Under the pieces are notes generated by a model that saw only the letters and a list, made by a program, of their open reading frames with translations, searched no databases and was not told the origin of the DNA. This document shows positions 61,797-64,000 of a stretch of DNA of 64,000 nucleotides, in pieces; position 1 is the first letter of the stretch; each line of letters begins with the position of its first letter. The translations under genes were made by a program, and so were the position numbers. The DNA is from Dimorphilus gyrociliatus (lineage: Eukaryota > Animalia > Annelida): positions 1,426,001-1,490,000 of the forward strand of contig CAJFCJ010000008.1 in assembly GCA_904063045.1 (NCBI GenBank), read 5' to 3'.

Positions 61797-63041
61797 ATGG
61801 GTGGTGAGTATATGTATGCTTAATTTTTCTTTTTATGCTGTCATTATCTTCTCAAAATATATCTGTTATTTAATAGTAAGTGAAATCACTGATCAATGTT
61901 ATTAGTAATATATTTTATATACAATTTTTTGAATATAATATAATAAATATATGTTGGAGAATTCATTTCCTTACTTGTTTTTAAACTATTACGTAATGAG
62001 TGTTTTCTATCGTATGCAAATAGATCATGTTTGTTATTTATTTCATAGTACTATACTATACTTTCTTGTGTTATAAATGAATTACTTGACAATTTTGTGA
62101 GGTACTCTGTAATCTATTCTGGCATGTGTTGCGTATATTTCATTTGAAACAACTTGGATACTAATTTGATTTCTTTTCTCCAGATTATTATTTAAAGGCT
62201 AACTATACAGTAAAGAAACAGCTTGGTTCTGGTGGATTTGCTTCTGTTTATTCAGCTACTCGTAAGAAGGATAGGTTAATTGTAAGTATTATACAATCCT
62301 CTATATTAATAATATGCTTAATATTTTTAAACTGAGTAGGAAAACATAATTAAGGAGCCGCATATTTACAGCCTCCTTACTATATTTTTTTACAACAAAA
62401 TCCGTTACTAATTACATATATAGAGGATGAGGTGTTCGATATCCTATTGACAAAAGTTTTAATTAGTTCATGTATAGTTGTTGTAAGAATAACTTTTTTT
62501 TTAAATTGTGTCTTTATTTAGCAATATATATTTTATATACAAGTGTAAATATGGTAAATCAATTCTTTCTGTCTAAAAAGTTTGTCTCATCCGACAGTTC
62601 ATTGACTTTCCTTGTCTGTGCTAAAAAAACTTAGCAAAAGTCCTATAGTTGATTAGGCTTTTAATTGTTATTTTTATGAGCATATTTTTTGTTTCTAAAT
62701 TTGACATCGAACTACATATTTTTACATGTATTATCAATAATGAAACATATAAAACAACAATTCTTTCGTTAAATAGGTGGCTCTAAAAATGATTATAAAG
62801 TCAAAAATAACGAAATGGAGCGAGGTAAGAAGCTTTAGGGATTTTATACTGTTTTATTTTTTATATATACTTTCTTATATTTTGGTATATTATAAGTATT
62901 TTGCAATAAACATAAATGCAAAGTTAATGATAGATACTTAAATTGCTGTACAAGATACTTCACTAATATTTTTTAAATACTTTTTAGTTAGCTTGTTGAT
63001 AACTAACATTATCATGTTAAAAATAGATAATAATATAATGA

Positions 63042-63072
<31 letters not shown>

Positions 63073-64000
63073 GTCTTTTCTTATGCAAAAGTGAGAAGAT
63101 TTAACAGCGAAAATAGCTGTTTATTATTCATTTGTTTATACTCTTATTTGGTCTTCCATTTTGTAGTTTGAAGGAGTAAGGGTTCCAAAGGAGGTTATGC
63201 TTCTTCAAAAGGTTCAACACGTTGATGGCGTAATAAAACTGATTGAATATTTTGATACAGAGGAGTGTTTTGTACTAGTTTTGGAAAGACCAAAATCGGT
63301 AGTTGACCTTTTCGATTATATATCAGGAAAGTTAGTGATTGACGAAGATGAAGCAAGGAGATTTTTGAAAGAGACTGTCAAAATTTTGGTAGCTTGTCAT
63401 GAAGCAGGAGTTACTCATCGCGATCTGAAAGACGAAAATCTACTGGTCGATTTGGAGAATGGTAAATTAAAATTAATAGATTTTGGATCAGGAGCATACA
63501 CAAAGGAAACGCTTTACGACGAGTACGAAGGTATTGATTTGTTTTGTATTTCCTGTTTTGTCATTAGACTAAATAGATATACATACATGTTTGACCCTAA
63601 TTTCGGACAATGATGTTAAATTTTGAATTAAAGTGCTTGAGAAAATCTGCTTCTCCTATCAAACAAAATAATTATATAAAATATTAAATATTCTGCTGTC
63701 AATGTAAAAATTTGACATTTCCAATGAAGTATATTTTTACAATTAGCATATGACCCAGTTTAAGACCACTACCTAAAACAGAAAATCTGAGAATATACCC
63801 TAAAAACCTTTAGTAATTGATTATAACAGAAAAATATCAAATTTACATGAATTTGGACTGAAACCAGCTTCTTTTTCAGGTACAAGAGTTTATAGTCCAC
63901 CAGAATGGATTGTTCATAGGAGATATTTCTATGGGCCTATGACAGTCTGGTCACTAGGTATATTACTATATAACATGGTCTGTGGAGACATTCCTTTCGA
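61797..64000 (+). CDS. PIM: Pim-family Ser/Thr kinase, 5' part (runs off the window end)
   Basis: Exons 61797-61803 (ATG GGT G, tentative), 62184-62281, 62777-62824, 63167-63530, 63880->64000. [13 protein letters not shown], Pim-specific hinge [46 protein letters not shown]. Confidence 0.92.
63042..63068. repeat. (AAT)n microsatellite in a Pim intron
   Basis: About nine AAT units read directly. Confidence 0.85.

Noticed and set aside
1-64000. tRNA, rRNA, snRNA/snoRNA, CRISPR arrays, intact transposons, prokaryotic systems
   Set aside because: None recognised by eye; the window is clearly spliced eukaryotic DNA. tRNAscan-SE/Infernal would be needed to exclude small RNAs.

Overview
AT-rich eukaryotic (bilaterian invertebrate) genomic DNA with many short (~55-100 nt) GT-AG introns. 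The supplied ORF track (it allows TTG/GTG starts and ignores splicing) shows only exon fragments, so I assembled gene models by hand from splice sites and frame continuity. Contents in order: intronless allatostatin-C/somatostatin-type GPCR (76-1272); ~13 kb with no recognisable protein gene; 4-exon meteorin/METRNL-family secreted protein (- strand); 9-exon PKA type I regulatory subunit (381 aa, - strand) head-to-head with an ABCG2-like cluster (two intact tandem copies, an orphan duplicated 3' end, a deletion-riddled pseudogene, an inverted intact copy); AKH/GnRH-type receptor; candidate 96-aa single-pass membrane microprotein; TMEM220; C16orf89/UPF0764 homologue; second peptide GPCR; 4-exon SRCR+ZP (mini-DMBT1-like) gene; fifth ABCG2-like gene; 5' part of a Pim kinase running off the window end. 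CTCF-like motifs recur between genes. Gene content, tiny introns and AT-richness suggest a compact lophotrochozoan genome (e.g. an annelid such as Dimorphilus); this is inference only. No tRNA, rRNA, CRISPR array or intact transposon was recognised. The best hidden items are the meteorin gene, the SRCR-ZP gene, the orphan microprotein and the paralog-specific intron loss in the ABCG2 family.
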